Positions 22,172 through 32,015 of a stretch of DNA of 64,000 nt are shown piece after piece. Position 1 is the first letter of the stretch. Every line of letters begins with the position of its first letter. The notes beneath the pieces are model-generated. The model searched no databases, was not told where the DNA came from, and saw nothing but the letters and a program-made list of their open reading frames with translations. The stretch spans positions 352,001 to 416,000 of the forward strand of contig OZ242320.1 in assembly GCA_965208125.1 (NCBI GenBank). Direction: 5' to 3'. This stretch comes from Candidatus Latescibacterota bacterium. GTDB lineage: Bacteria > Latescibacterota > UBA2968. The position numbers and the translations under genes were made by a program.

Positions 22172-24601
22172 TTATTCACTGCGCAGGGAATCCACAGGAT
22201 TGGCACCCGCAGTTCTGACAGCCTGCCACCCCACCGTCACCAGAGCAATGATCAGCGTCAGCACCCCACTTAATAGGAAAAACCCGATACTCAGATCAAT
22301 GCGATAGGCGAAATTGTGCAGCCAGCCGCTCATCGCATAATAGGCGACTGGCCAGGCCAGGAGATTTGCCAGAACAACGGGCTTTACAAAATCCTTTGTA
22401 AACAGCAGCACAATATTCGCGACTGATGCCCCCAGCACCTTCCGAATCCCGACCTCTTTTGTGCGCTGTTCCGCTATATAAGAGGCCAAACCAAACAGAC
22501 CGAGACAGGCGATACAAATAGCCAGCGCTGTCAGACCTCCAAGCATCTTGCCGCGCTGTTCATCTGCGCGATACTGGCGTTCAAAATAATCATCCAAAAA
22601 TGCGTACTCAAATGGAGAATACGGAACATAGGTCTCCCACTTCTCTTTCAAAAAACTCAGCGCATCCGAACTCCGATTTGGACGAACTCTTACCAAAAGA
22701 TAATTACCGCCACTCGGCGAAATATGCAAAAACATCGGTTCAATCTGCTGATAAAGAGATTGAACGTGAAAATCCTTCACTACGCCTATGACAGTACGAG
22801 GTCGGCTCTCCCGAAATATCAGCACCAATTCCTTACCAATAGCCTCCTTGGGCGAACCCCAGCCAAAATGCACAACCGCTGTTTCGTTTACAACAACAGC
22901 TTCAGCCTCGTCAGTTGTGAAATCTTTTGAAAAATCCCTTCCTTCAATTATCTCAATTCCAAGAGTTTTTATAAAATCGTGATCGACTGCATAACCCGGC
23001 ACTTGCATTTCACCCTGGACGCCTTCCGGATGCACCGACCGTCTGATAAGAGGAAACCCCGTTGATCGAGTTGGCACAGGTACACGAGATGATAGCGTGC
23101 AACCCAGGAGATCGGGACTCTGTAAAAAGTCAGCCTTGATCGCCTCGTATTTTGCACGGAGATCTCGCTGTCTGCTGAAAAGCGGCATAGAAATAACGTT
23201 CGCCCTTTCAAACCCCAGATCCTTGTCTTTCACATACGCCATTTGCGAATAAATAACGCTCGTGCCTGTGATCAGCGCGATTGAGATAGCAAATTGGATA
23301 ACCACGAGCAGTTGTCTGATGCGCGAAGTCTGCAAACCCGCCTGCCGAACCCCCTTTAACACCGTTACAGGTTGAAATGTAGAGAGAAAAAACGCCGGAT
23401 AACTTCCCGCGACAATACCCGTAACAAGCGCGACACCAGCCAAACCCAGTATCGCAGAGATACTGGTGTATTCAACGACCAATTGTTGACCGATCAAACG
23501 ATTAAAAAGCGGCAATGAAAGTTCGACAAGGGAAACCGCAAACAAAAGCGCAATAAATGCCAACAGTGCAGATTCACCTATAAATTGCCGGATCAATTGC
23601 AGGCGGTAAGCTCCTACAACCTTTCTTATACCCACCTCCTTCGCACGCGCGGCAGAGCGCGCCGTCGAAAGATTCATAAAATTGATACAGGCGATCAAGA
23701 GCACGAAGCAGGCGAGTGCGGAAAAGATATAGACGTGAACAATATCGCTATTCGGCTCGATCTCATGACTTAAATGCGAGTAAAGGTGGATTCTCGTAAT
23801 AGGCTGTAAGAAGAATCTCATACCCATTCCACGCTCTGACAGCACCTCCCCCATGTATTTTTTCACAAACGCGGGAAATTTATCCTCAAGCTCCTGGGAC
23901 GAATATCCCTTCGGAAGAACCACATAGGTGTAAAGCAACGGATTTGACAGCCAATTCTTCAGAATAGCACTTGTCGCGCCTCTCTCATGTAAACTCGCAT
24001 ACGAAGCCAAAATATCGAATCTAAAATGAGAATTGCGCGGAATTTCCCGTATAATCCCCGTCACTGTATAATGGTTTTGCAAGACAGGCGTTACAAATGT
24101 GAGAACCTGACCCATAGGATCTTTTGTACCGAAATACTTGCGTGCCGCTCTCTCGGTAAGCACGACAGAATAGGGTGACTGAAGCGCCGTATGTCGGTCT
24201 CCCTTGATTAAGGAAAAATCAAAAACCTCCAAAACCGATGCATCTCCAAAAAGGATAGACTCTTGAAAGCGGTTATTCTCATGAAAGATCACAGATGATC
24301 CACGCACGAATCTGGCGGCCTGGACAGCCTCGGGAAATTCGGCGCGCAAAGCCGGAGCCAATGGAGGTGGGGAAGTCGCTGTTGGCATAATCTGTCCATC
24401 TGTGGCTATTCGCTCCTGTGCAACCCTGTAAATCCGATCTGCTTTTTCATGATACGTATCATAACTGAGTTCAAAGCGGACAAAACTCAAAATCAAGACA
24501 CAAGTCGCTATACCAATCGCCAGTCCTACTATATTGACAAATGAATACACTTTTTGCCGAAACAGACTGCGCAAAGCGACGGTCAGATAATTTCTTAACA
24601 T
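22172..24601 (-). CDS. ABC transporter permease, duplicated MacB/FtsX family
   Basis: MLRNYL..., ACINFMNLSTARS, RAKEVGIRKVVGA, EQRTKEVGIRKVLGAS, ANPVDSLRSE. Confidence 0.92.
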   Translation of the reverse strand: MLRNYLTVALRSLFRQKVYSFVNIVGLAIGIATCVLILSFVRFELSYDTYHEKADRIYRVAQERIATDGQIMPTATSPPPLAPALRAEFPEAVQAARFVRGSSVIFHENNRFQESILFGDASVLEVFDFSLIKGDRHTALQSPYSVVLTERAARKYFGTKDPMGQVLTFVTPVLQNHYTVTGIIREIPRNSHFRFDILASYASLHERGATSAILKNWLSNPLLYTYVVLPKGYSSQELEDKFPAFVKKYMGEVLSERGMGMRFFLQPITRIHLYSHLSHEIEPNSDIVHVYIFSALACFVLLIACINFMNLSTARSAARAKEVGIRKVVGAYRLQLIRQFIGESALLAFIALLFAVSLVELSLPLFNRLIGQQLVVEYTSISAILGLAGVALVTGIVAGSYPAFFLSTFQPVTVLKGVRQAGLQTSRIRQLLVVIQFAISIALITGTSVIYSQMAYVKDKDLGFERANVISMPLFSRQRDLRAKYEAIKADFLQSPDLLGCTLSSRVPVPTRSTGFPLIRRSVHPEGVQGEMQVPGYAVDHDFIKTLGIEIIEGRDFSKDFTTDEAEAVVVNETAVVHFGWGSPKEAIGKELVLIFRESRPRTVIGVVKDFHVQSLYQQIEPMFLHISPSGGNYLLVRVRPNRSSDALSFLKEKWETYVPYSPFEYAFLDDYFERQYRADEQRGKMLGGLTALAICIACLGLFGLASYIAEQRTKEVGIRKVLGASVANIVLLFTKDFVKPVVLANLLAWPVAYYAMSGWLHNFAYRIDLSIGFFLLSGVLTLIIALVTVGWQAVRTAGANPVDSLRSE

Positions 24602-24735
24602 GGCCTCCCCTTTTTAAAATTGAATCAGCCTCCTCAACATAGACTTAGACAAAATGTTTTTTCTAAGGTTTCTAAAAAATCTTCACATCCAGACCAATCT
24701 CGGGCAGCAAATCCAACTTTTTTATTGCAAAGTCC

Positions 24736-24764
24736 TTGTGTACGCAACATCAGTGTTTTATAAT
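24736..24764 (+). promoter_or_regulatory. Sigma70-type promoter for the larA-like gene
   Basis: TTGTGT, 17 bp spacer, TATAAT. Confidence 0.5.
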
Positions 24765-24818
24765 GTGCTTCATCAAACAAGACCCCAATCTAACCGCACA
24801 AAAACAAAAGAGGCCGCG

Positions 24819-26063
24819 ATGAACAACACCGCCACAATACACACCCGTGCCTGGGCGGGTGATGAAGCCCTCATCCTCACCTTTCCCGAAGGCTGGACAG
24901 TCGAAACCTTTGGTCCACAGGAATGCCCTCAAGTCACCGCAGAGCAGATCCAAACCGCCTTTGACAACCCCATCGGCACACTGCGGATATCCGAACTCGC
25001 CAAAGGGAAAAACAGCGCCGCAATCATCGTAGATGACCTGAGCCGTCCCACACCCGCTGCCGAACTCATCCCCTATGTCCTCAAAGAACTCGACACAGCC
25101 GGCATACCAAAAAATCAAATCCGCTTTGTCGTAGGCGGGGGATCTCACCGCCCAATCGACGCGGAAGAAATCGACAAAAAAGTAGGCGCTGATATCGCCC
25201 GCACCTATGAAGTCACAAACCACAACTTCATGGGCGGCGACCTCCGCGCCCTGGGCAGCCTGGACAGCGGCCTCCCCATTTACATCGACAGAATTGTCGC
25301 GGATGCCGACCTCAAGCTCTGCGTTGGCGGCATCTATCCCCACGGCAACGTGGGATTTGGCGGCGGCGCCAAGCTCATCTTGCCAGGTGTATCGGGCTTT
25401 GCCACCATGTTCTACTTTCACACCTTTTACGCAAATCGGGGACACGCCAATATTGAACGACAGGGCGACGAACCCGACCATCGAGACGCCGCCGAAGCAG
25501 TCGCAAAAGTCCTGGGCCTCGATGCCGTCGTCAATGTGACACTCAACCGCAAACGCCAGATCACCGGTGTATTTGTGGGCGACTTCATCCAGGCGCAGCG
25601 CACCGGTGCCCAATTCGCACGAAAAACCTACGCAACCCAGACCCCGGAAACAGAGCCTGACCTCGTCATAGCCAACGCCTATCCGCTTGACTACGACCCC
25701 GTACAAACCGCAAAAGCACTCTGGCCGCTTCGGCTCTTCAAAAACGCCTACAAAGTCGCCATCAATCCCGCCACCGATGGAATCTGTCACCACGGACTAT
25801 ACGACGAAATAGACTACGCGCGGTTTTGCAAACAGCAATCCGAACAGCCCCAGCAAGAACTCCCCAAACCCAAAATCGAAGGACCGCACCAGACCCTGAT
25901 GTGGTCTGAAAATTTTCCAGTTGACGAATTTTACAAACGCAATCCCGACGGCGTTCTCTTCCGCGATTGGGACACACTCCTCAACCAACTCATCGAAAAA
26001 TTGCCCGATAATGCCCGCGTCGCCGTATTTCCAAATGCAGCCATTCAAGTTTCTGCAAAATAA
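24819..26063 (+). CDS. LarA-like (lactate racemase / DUF2088) nickel-pincer-dependent epimerase
   Basis: IIVDDLSRPTP, GSHR, PH...GFGGGAKLILPG. Confidence 0.82.
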   Translation: MNNTATIHTRAWAGDEALILTFPEGWTVETFGPQECPQVTAEQIQTAFDNPIGTLRISELAKGKNSAAIIVDDLSRPTPAAELIPYVLKELDTAGIPKNQIRFVVGGGSHRPIDAEEIDKKVGADIARTYEVTNHNFMGGDLRALGSLDSGLPIYIDRIVADADLKLCVGGIYPHGNVGFGGGAKLILPGVSGFATMFYFHTFYANRGHANIERQGDEPDHRDAAEAVAKVLGLDAVVNVTLNRKRQITGVFVGDFIQAQRTGAQFARKTYATQTPETEPDLVIANAYPLDYDPVQTAKALWPLRLFKNAYKVAINPATDGICHHGLYDEIDYARFCKQQSEQPQQELPKPKIEGPHQTLMWSENFPVDEFYKRNPDGVLFRDWDTLLNQLIEKLPDNARVAVFPNAAIQVSAK

Positions 26064-26107
26064 TGGCCTGAAAAAGCGGAATTTTACTTTCACTCACGCG
26101 CCTATCA

Positions 26108-26116
26108 TGCTATATT
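26108..26116 (+). promoter_or_regulatory. Extended -10 promoter element for the PhyH-sulfatase operon
   Basis: TGCTATATT, with TTCACT ending 16 bp upstream of the -10 hexamer. Confidence 0.4.
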
Positions 26117-26144
26117 GGGCGCCGATGCAATTATGAGAAAAAAC

Positions 26145-26209
26145 ACGCAAGAGAACGGGGAGACGTAGGGACTGGGGGAGATCCTTGCCAATCCCTTGTT
26201 CTCTTGCGT
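26145..26209 (+). promoter_or_regulatory. Stem-loop in the 5' leader
   Basis: ACGCAAGAGAAC / GTTCTCTTGCGT 12-bp perfect arms plus inner AGGGACTGG / CCAATCCCT. Confidence 0.55.
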
Positions 26210-26228
26210 TATTATATTGGAGGACGCT

Positions 26229-27029
26229 ATGCTGACACAAGAACAAATCGACTTCTACCGCGAAAATGGGTATCTCAAATGCGAAGCGCTCTTTACCCCT
26301 GAAGAAACCGCTGAACTCGGCTCGGAAATGGTGCGCATCATCGAAAACTGGGGCAACGAAACCATTGGTTGGCGGGGACCGTGGCGCGACCGATACCTGC
26401 CCGAAGACGAACGCCTCAACACCAAAGCGGTCTTCATGCACAATCCCCAATTCTACTCCGCAGCCTGGGGACGCGCCATCTTCAACGAACGACTCGTCGG
26501 CTGTGTAGAAGATCTGATCTGCGACACCGTTCAGTGGCACCACACCGTACTCCATGCCAAACCGCCAGAACTCGGCACACCTTTTCCCATGCACCAGGAC
26601 TATCCCTTTTATCCGCACGACGGCCCCGATTTTGTCGATTGCTTGCTTCACCTCGACGACACCCCAATAGAAAGCGGGTGCTTGCGCGTGGTGCCCGGCA
26701 GCCACAAAAAGGGTCCGCTCGTTCACGTCCTGGGCCCAGACACCTCTCCTCATCTGCCGCCGGACGATTACCACCCCGACAAAATCGACTCCATCTTGAT
26801 CCCGGCAAAAGCCGGAGACGTCATCTTCTTTAGCTATCAGATCATTCACTGGTCCGACTGCAACCGCACCGACGAATGGCGAAAATCCGTACGCTTCGGC
26901 TACCACAGCACCCAGATGCAACCCGTGGGCCGCGCAGAAGACGACCCCTACCGCATCGATCCCAACAACATTTTGGAACGCAAAGACAGCACCATTGTGT
27001 CCGGCTTTAGAATGAACGAAGCAAATTAA
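26229..27029 (+). CDS. Phytanoyl-CoA dioxygenase (PhyH) family Fe/2OG enzyme
   Basis: MLTQEQIDFYRENGY, HQD, GCLRVVPGSH, distal H in IIHWS; RBS GGAGG. Confidence 0.92.
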   Translation: MLTQEQIDFYRENGYLKCEALFTPEETAELGSEMVRIIENWGNETIGWRGPWRDRYLPEDERLNTKAVFMHNPQFYSAAWGRAIFNERLVGCVEDLICDTVQWHHTVLHAKPPELGTPFPMHQDYPFYPHDGPDFVDCLLHLDDTPIESGCLRVVPGSHKKGPLVHVLGPDTSPHLPPDDYHPDKIDSILIPAKAGDVIFFSYQIIHWSDCNRTDEWRKSVRFGYHSTQMQPVGRAEDDPYRIDPNNILERKDSTIVSGFRMNEAN

Positions 27030-27032
27030 AGT

Positions 27033-28277
27033 ATGAACAAACCCAACATCATCATCGTACTCGCCGACGACATGGGCTATGGCGACTCCAGTGCGTACGG
27101 AGGCTGGATCGATACGCCCGCAATGGAACAAATGGCCCACGAAGGGCTTAAATTCACCGACTTTCACTCCAGCGGTGCGGTTTGCAGCCCCACGCGCGCC
27201 GGACTACTCACCGGACGCTATCAACAGCGCGCAGGCGTGCCCAAAGTAATCGGCGCCAATCCCCAAAGTGCCGACCACTATGTGGGATTGTACCCCTCTG
27301 AAATCACCTTTCCCAAACTGCTCAAAAAAGCCGGCTACACCTCTGCCATATTTGGCAAATGGCACCTCGGTTACGACAAAAAATTCAATCCCCTGCACCA
27401 CGACTTTGATCGCTTTCGCGGATATGTAAGCGGCAACATCGACTACATCTCGCACTACGACCGCATGGAAGTGTACGACTGGTGGGAGGGCCTCGAACAC
27501 ATCGAAGAAGAAGGCTATACCACACACCTCATCACCCAGCATTCCGTGCAATTCATCAAAGATCACAAAGACACGCCCTTTTGCCTCTACGTTGCACACG
27601 AAGCCGTACACACCCCATTGCAGGGACCTGATGATCCCGCCATTCGCGGTCCGGAAAAAGCCGACTTTCATCCCGACGATCCCCGGGAAACCTATTGCCA
27701 GATGATGAAAGCCATGGACGACAGCCTGGCCAAAATCATGGGCACAGTCCGAGAACTCGGCATTGAGGAAAACACCCTCGTCTTCTTCTTTTCCGACAAC
27801 GGCGGCACCCGTCAAAATCCCGAATCCAACGCTCCGTTGCGCGGGAACAAGGGCACAGTATGGGAAGGCGGCCACCGCGTCCCCGCCATTGCATGGTGGC
27901 CCGGAACAATAGCCCCCAACAGCATCACCGACCAACTCGCCATCAGCATCGACCTCTTTCCCACCATGTGCGACCTCGCAGGAACATCTGCGCCCGCCAA
28001 TCACTTTGACGGCATCAGCCTCAAATCCACCCTCCTGAGCGAGGGCGAACCCGGTGCCCGACAATTGTTCTGGAATGGCCTTGCCATGCGCGACGACAAG
28101 TACAAACTCGTAATCGACAAAGACACGCCACATCTATTCGACCTATCTCAGGACATATCGGAAAGCAACGACCTCGCATCGCAACAACTCGACCGCGTCC
28201 AGCAAATGTGCCAGGCAATCGATGCCTGGAAACGCGACGTAGCCGATGGCGCAACACCGCAAAAAGATACATTCTGA
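27033..28277 (+). CDS. Arylsulfatase-like Cys-type sulfatase
   Basis: LADDMGYGD, CSPTRAGLLTGR, GKWHLG, SDNG, EGGHRVP; no signal peptide. Confidence 0.95.
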   Translation: MNKPNIIIVLADDMGYGDSSAYGGWIDTPAMEQMAHEGLKFTDFHSSGAVCSPTRAGLLTGRYQQRAGVPKVIGANPQSADHYVGLYPSEITFPKLLKKAGYTSAIFGKWHLGYDKKFNPLHHDFDRFRGYVSGNIDYISHYDRMEVYDWWEGLEHIEEEGYTTHLITQHSVQFIKDHKDTPFCLYVAHEAVHTPLQGPDDPAIRGPEKADFHPDDPRETYCQMMKAMDDSLAKIMGTVRELGIEENTLVFFFSDNGGTRQNPESNAPLRGNKGTVWEGGHRVPAIAWWPGTIAPNSITDQLAISIDLFPTMCDLAGTSAPANHFDGISLKSTLLSEGEPGARQLFWNGLAMRDDKYKLVIDKDTPHLFDLSQDISESNDLASQQLDRVQQMCQAIDAWKRDVADGATPQKDTF

Positions 28278-28289
28278 TAGAGGAGATTT

Positions 28290-29831
28290 ATGCTTGGACT
28301 ACATCTGCTGGACTTTGCCACGCTCGCCATCTATTTAATCGGCATCATGATTGCCGGCCTATGGGTCGCCCGAAAAATCAAAAATACGGGCGACTATTTT
28401 ATGGGTGGGCGCAGCTTTGGCAAAGCATTTATGATCATGCACGCCTTTGGCACCGGCACCCACACCGATCAGGCCGTAACCGTTGCAGGCGCCTCCTACA
28501 AATTGGGCATGGCGGGAATATGGTATCAATGGCTCTACTTATTCGCCACTCCCTTCTACTGGCTCATCGCGCCAATATGGCGAAGACTGCGCTATCTCAC
28601 CATCGCGGATTTCTTTGAAGACCGATTCAGCAACTCGCTCGGTTACTTCTACGCCCTCTATGGCCTGCTCTACTTTGCCATACAAATAGGCATCATGCTT
28701 CTGGGCACCGGCAAAACAGCCAGCGCCATGACCGGCGGCGCGATTTCACCCGAAATCGCCATCGGTGTTATGACCGTCCTCTTCCTCTCCTACGGCCTCT
28801 TAGGCGGCCTGCCCGCGGCTATCATCACCGACTTTATTCAGGGCATCTTCATCATCGTCCTCTCTTTTCTCCTCGTCCCCTTTGTCATCGACGGCGTCGG
28901 CGGTTTCACTGGCCTTCACCAGCAAGTACCCATTGAAAAATTCAGCCTCGAAGCACCCGGCGATCCCCCGGCCGGATACGACCGCATCACGCCCTTCTTC
29001 ATCGTCATGGTCGTCATCAATGCCCTCGTCGGCATCATTGCCCAACCCCACCACATGGAAATTGGCGGCGCGGGCAAAACCGAACGCGAAGCCCGCGTGG
29101 GCTTCACATACGGCAACATGATCAAACGCCTCTGCACCGTAGCCTGGGCATTTACCGGCGTAGCCTGCATTGCCCTTTATCCCAACATCGACGACCCCGA
29201 ACACGCTTTTGGGCTCGCCTCGCGCGACCTCCTGCCCATCGGTCTCATCGGCATCATGCTCGCCTCGATGATCGCCGCGGTCATGTCCACCTGCGACTCA
29301 TTCATGGTCGATGGCGCCGCCCTCTTTGTCGAAAACTTTTACAAACCCCTCTTCAAGCCCGAAGCCGACGACAAACACTACCTCACCACAGGCCGCATCG
29401 TCGCCCTCATACTCGTCATATTCGGTATTATCATCGCGCTCTACTTCACCTCTGTCGTCGCAATTATCCGCCTCTCCTGGTCGCTCGTGGCATTCTTCGG
29501 GATTGCCTTTTGGGGAGGAATTCTCTGGCGCAGGTGCAATGCGCCCGGAGCCTGGGCGGGCCTGATCGTCTCGGCATTATTATTCGCCATATCTGGTCAA
29601 ACAATCATCAATTTGGAAAGCCTGGGCATCTACATCGGTGGCCTCGACTGGGAATTGCCCTATCGCTACGTACTCTACATCGCTGGTGGCTTTGCCGCAC
29701 TCATCATCGTAAGCAAACTCACCAAGCCGCAAGACAAAGAGCGACTCGACCGCTTTTACACCTTGCTCCACACACCTGTGGGACAAGAGCACAAATTGCG
29801 TGAAGCTGGCATAAAAGTCGTTATGGAGTAA
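28290..29831 (+). CDS. Sodium:solute symporter family protein
   Basis: DYFMGGRSFG, GG..AAIITDFIQ, AAVMSTCDS, WRRCNAPGA; many TM helices. Confidence 0.92.
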   Translation: MLGLHLLDFATLAIYLIGIMIAGLWVARKIKNTGDYFMGGRSFGKAFMIMHAFGTGTHTDQAVTVAGASYKLGMAGIWYQWLYLFATPFYWLIAPIWRRLRYLTIADFFEDRFSNSLGYFYALYGLLYFAIQIGIMLLGTGKTASAMTGGAISPEIAIGVMTVLFLSYGLLGGLPAAIITDFIQGIFIIVLSFLLVPFVIDGVGGFTGLHQQVPIEKFSLEAPGDPPAGYDRITPFFIVMVVINALVGIIAQPHHMEIGGAGKTEREARVGFTYGNMIKRLCTVAWAFTGVACIALYPNIDDPEHAFGLASRDLLPIGLIGIMLASMIAAVMSTCDSFMVDGAALFVENFYKPLFKPEADDKHYLTTGRIVALILVIFGIIIALYFTSVVAIIRLSWSLVAFFGIAFWGGILWRRCNAPGAWAGLIVSALLFAISGQTIINLESLGIYIGGLDWELPYRYVLYIAGGFAALIIVSKLTKPQDKERLDRFYTLLHTPVGQEHKLREAGIKVVME

Positions 29832-29840
29832 GGAATCGTC

Positions 29841-31382
29841 ATGCGTCTCAGAGCCATATTGCTTATCGCCGCGCTCTACACGAGTATAGGGCACTCCCCT
29901 CAAGCTGCGGACCTTGCGCTGCATCTAAAAACTGACCAGACGCAAACCCTTCCCAAAAGCCTCTATGGCTTCAACACAAACATGATGAGCGGTGACTACG
30001 GTTATCTCGACTCCAACTTCGTCGCGCTCACAAAAGACCTGCAACCCCAGATACTGCGTTTTCCCGGAGGCACAATCGGCAATTTTTACCACTGGAAAAT
30101 AGCTGGATTTATCCAGAGCGAAATGAGTTCAACCAGCAACGAGCAACTCAACAGACGAAACAGAGGCAATTTTGTCAGACTGAGAAAAAGGAGAAATGGA
30201 AGACTCGCATTTGACGACTTCATGCAGATGTGCAACGCGCTAAAAATAACGCCCATCGTAGTCGTCAACCTGTGGACGGGGAGCCCGGAAGAAAGTGCTG
30301 GATGGGTCCAATACGCAAAAAACAAAGGATATGAAATCGCGCATTGGGAACTCGGCAACGAGCATTATCTGCCGTGGTACGCGGAAAAATACCCCTCTGC
30401 CGAAACCTATATCGCGCAAGCCAAAAAACATGCAGAGGCAATGAAAGCCGTTGACCCAACCATAAAAGTCTCGGTTTGTGCAAGCCCGGTAGCCTTCCAC
30501 AAAAACGGCTTTGAAAAAAACGTGGATCAACGCAAATGGGATAGTGCATTGGCGGCAGCGGATCAATTTTACGACGCCTATACCGTTCACGTCTATGCTT
30601 ATCGAACCGCTCGAAAAAAAGAAATTGAGGAATATCGGGGCTATCTCTTTGGTTGGATCCACTGCGATTTCGATGACGCCATGGACTATTATGAAAAACT
30701 ATTCCCCAACGTGGAAATGTGGATAACAGAGTGGAATATCGCCAACCCCGCAAACCGGGTCGCCAACACACAACTCCACGCCATGTACACGGGCGATTTC
30801 TTCTTAAAAATGCTCACATACCCGCGCATTACCCATGCAAATTTTCACGTCATTGCTGGCCCCGGCAAAGGATTCCCCGCATTCTCCCCAATCACCCCCC
30901 CATCGCCGAGAACCAATTGGAAATACGGAGGTGAACCAGAGGCAGATTTTGGAAAAACAATCCGGCGCGCCACCTACTACCCCCTTCAGTTAATCGGAGA
31001 AGCATTCGCGGAATCGGACACAAAATTCTCCCTCTCCATCCAAAATCCACCCATCCTCAATGGACAACTCGAATACGAGGGAAAACAAATACCGGGCGTT
31101 CAAGCACAGGCAGTCGGAAATGCCTCGCACCTTTTTGTACTCATCAGCAACCGCACAGCAGACGACCTATCGCCGAGCCTCGCCATCGACGGCAAAAAAT
31201 ATGAAGGCACGCTCACATATCGCTACGTAGCCCATGAAAGACTCAATGCATCAAATGGCGGCAATGCGGAAATGGAAGGCGCGGGCAAAATAGAAGTCGC
31301 AATCCGCGAATGGTCTGGTGCTTGCAATAATCTCTTGATTCCCAAAAACAGTTTTGGCATTTTAGTGTTATCGCTCAAATAA
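29841..31382 (+). CDS. Secreted clan GH-A glycoside hydrolase (GH51/GH79-like)
   Basis: Signal peptide; LRFPGGT..NFYHW, acid/base WELGNE, nucleophile WITEWN. Confidence 0.75.
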   Translation: MRLRAILLIAALYTSIGHSPQAADLALHLKTDQTQTLPKSLYGFNTNMMSGDYGYLDSNFVALTKDLQPQILRFPGGTIGNFYHWKIAGFIQSEMSSTSNEQLNRRNRGNFVRLRKRRNGRLAFDDFMQMCNALKITPIVVVNLWTGSPEESAGWVQYAKNKGYEIAHWELGNEHYLPWYAEKYPSAETYIAQAKKHAEAMKAVDPTIKVSVCASPVAFHKNGFEKNVDQRKWDSALAAADQFYDAYTVHVYAYRTARKKEIEEYRGYLFGWIHCDFDDAMDYYEKLFPNVEMWITEWNIANPANRVANTQLHAMYTGDFFLKMLTYPRITHANFHVIAGPGKGFPAFSPITPPSPRTNWKYGGEPEADFGKTIRRATYYPLQLIGEAFAESDTKFSLSIQNPPILNGQLEYEGKQIPGVQAQAVGNASHLFVLISNRTADDLSPSLAIDGKKYEGTLTYRYVAHERLNASNGGNAEMEGAGKIEVAIREWSGACNNLLIPKNSFGILVLSLK

Positions 31383-31399
31383 CTCCCGAGGAGGCTATT

Positions 31400-31519
31400 A
31401 TGTTTGGCCTTGAAATTCGCAAACCATCCAAAGAAACAGTCATAGGATTCATCGTCACCTGGATCTGTGTGATCGGCATTATCTTTCTCACACTCGCCCT
31501 CGTCCGCATCGGTGCATAA
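31400..31519 (+). CDS. 39-aa single-TM protein (not in the ORF track)
   Basis: Strong RBS GAGGAGG; MFGLEIRKPSKETVIGFIVTWICVIGIIFLTLALVRIGA; exactly fills the gap between the GH and GNAT genes. Confidence 0.8.
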   Translation: MFGLEIRKPSKETVIGFIVTWICVIGIIFLTLALVRIGA

Positions 31520-31531
31520 AGGACTTATCCC

Positions 31532-32011
31532 ATGATCCGAAAATACCGCCCTGAAGACCTCGAAGCTCTCAAAGAAATCACCGTTATCTGCTTTGATGGG
31601 GTATCGATTGACCAGAACATCGAAAAAAACTTCGGTCAATTTGCCGACACAGATTGGAAAACACGCAAAGCCAAACACATAGACGCGGACGTCGCAGCCA
31701 ATGCCGACGGCATCTTCGTTTGGGAAGACAACGGCAAAGTCGCGGCCTACATCACCACGCGCATCGACCATGAAAGCAAAATAGGCGGCATACCCAACCT
31801 CGCCGTCTTGCCCGAATACCAGGGCAAAGGAATCGGCAAAGCATTGATGACAGCCGCCTTTGACTATTTTGAAGAACAGGAAATGGCCGTGGCCAAAATC
31901 GAAACCCTCGACCAGAATCCCGTTGGACAGAACTTTTATCCGCGCTCGGGCTTTACCGCAGTCGCCCGACAAATCCACTACGCAATGCCCATGAAAGATC
32001 GGAAAGTATAG
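31532..32011 (+). CDS. GNAT family N-acetyltransferase
   Basis: LAVLPEYQGKGIGKALM, NFYPRSGF. Confidence 0.9.
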   Translation: MIRKYRPEDLEALKEITVICFDGVSIDQNIEKNFGQFADTDWKTRKAKHIDADVAANADGIFVWEDNGKVAAYITTRIDHESKIGGIPNLAVLPEYQGKGIGKALMTAAFDYFEEQEMAVAKIETLDQNPVGQNFYPRSGFTAVARQIHYAMPMKDRKV

Positions 32012-32015
32012 TTAT

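Noticed and set aside
22172-24601. Stand-alone MacB/FtsX permease lacking an ATPase
   Set aside because: Orphan paralogs of this family are common and typically share an ATPase encoded elsewhere.
24750-28133. Long minus-strand ORFs (347, 357 and 309 aa) opposite larA, PhyH and sulfatase
   Set aside because: Val/Gly-rich shadow frames expected from C-ending codons on the sense strand.
31223-31978. 251-aa minus-strand ORF across the GH end and GNAT
   Set aside because: The region is fully explained by three plus-strand genes with good RBSs.
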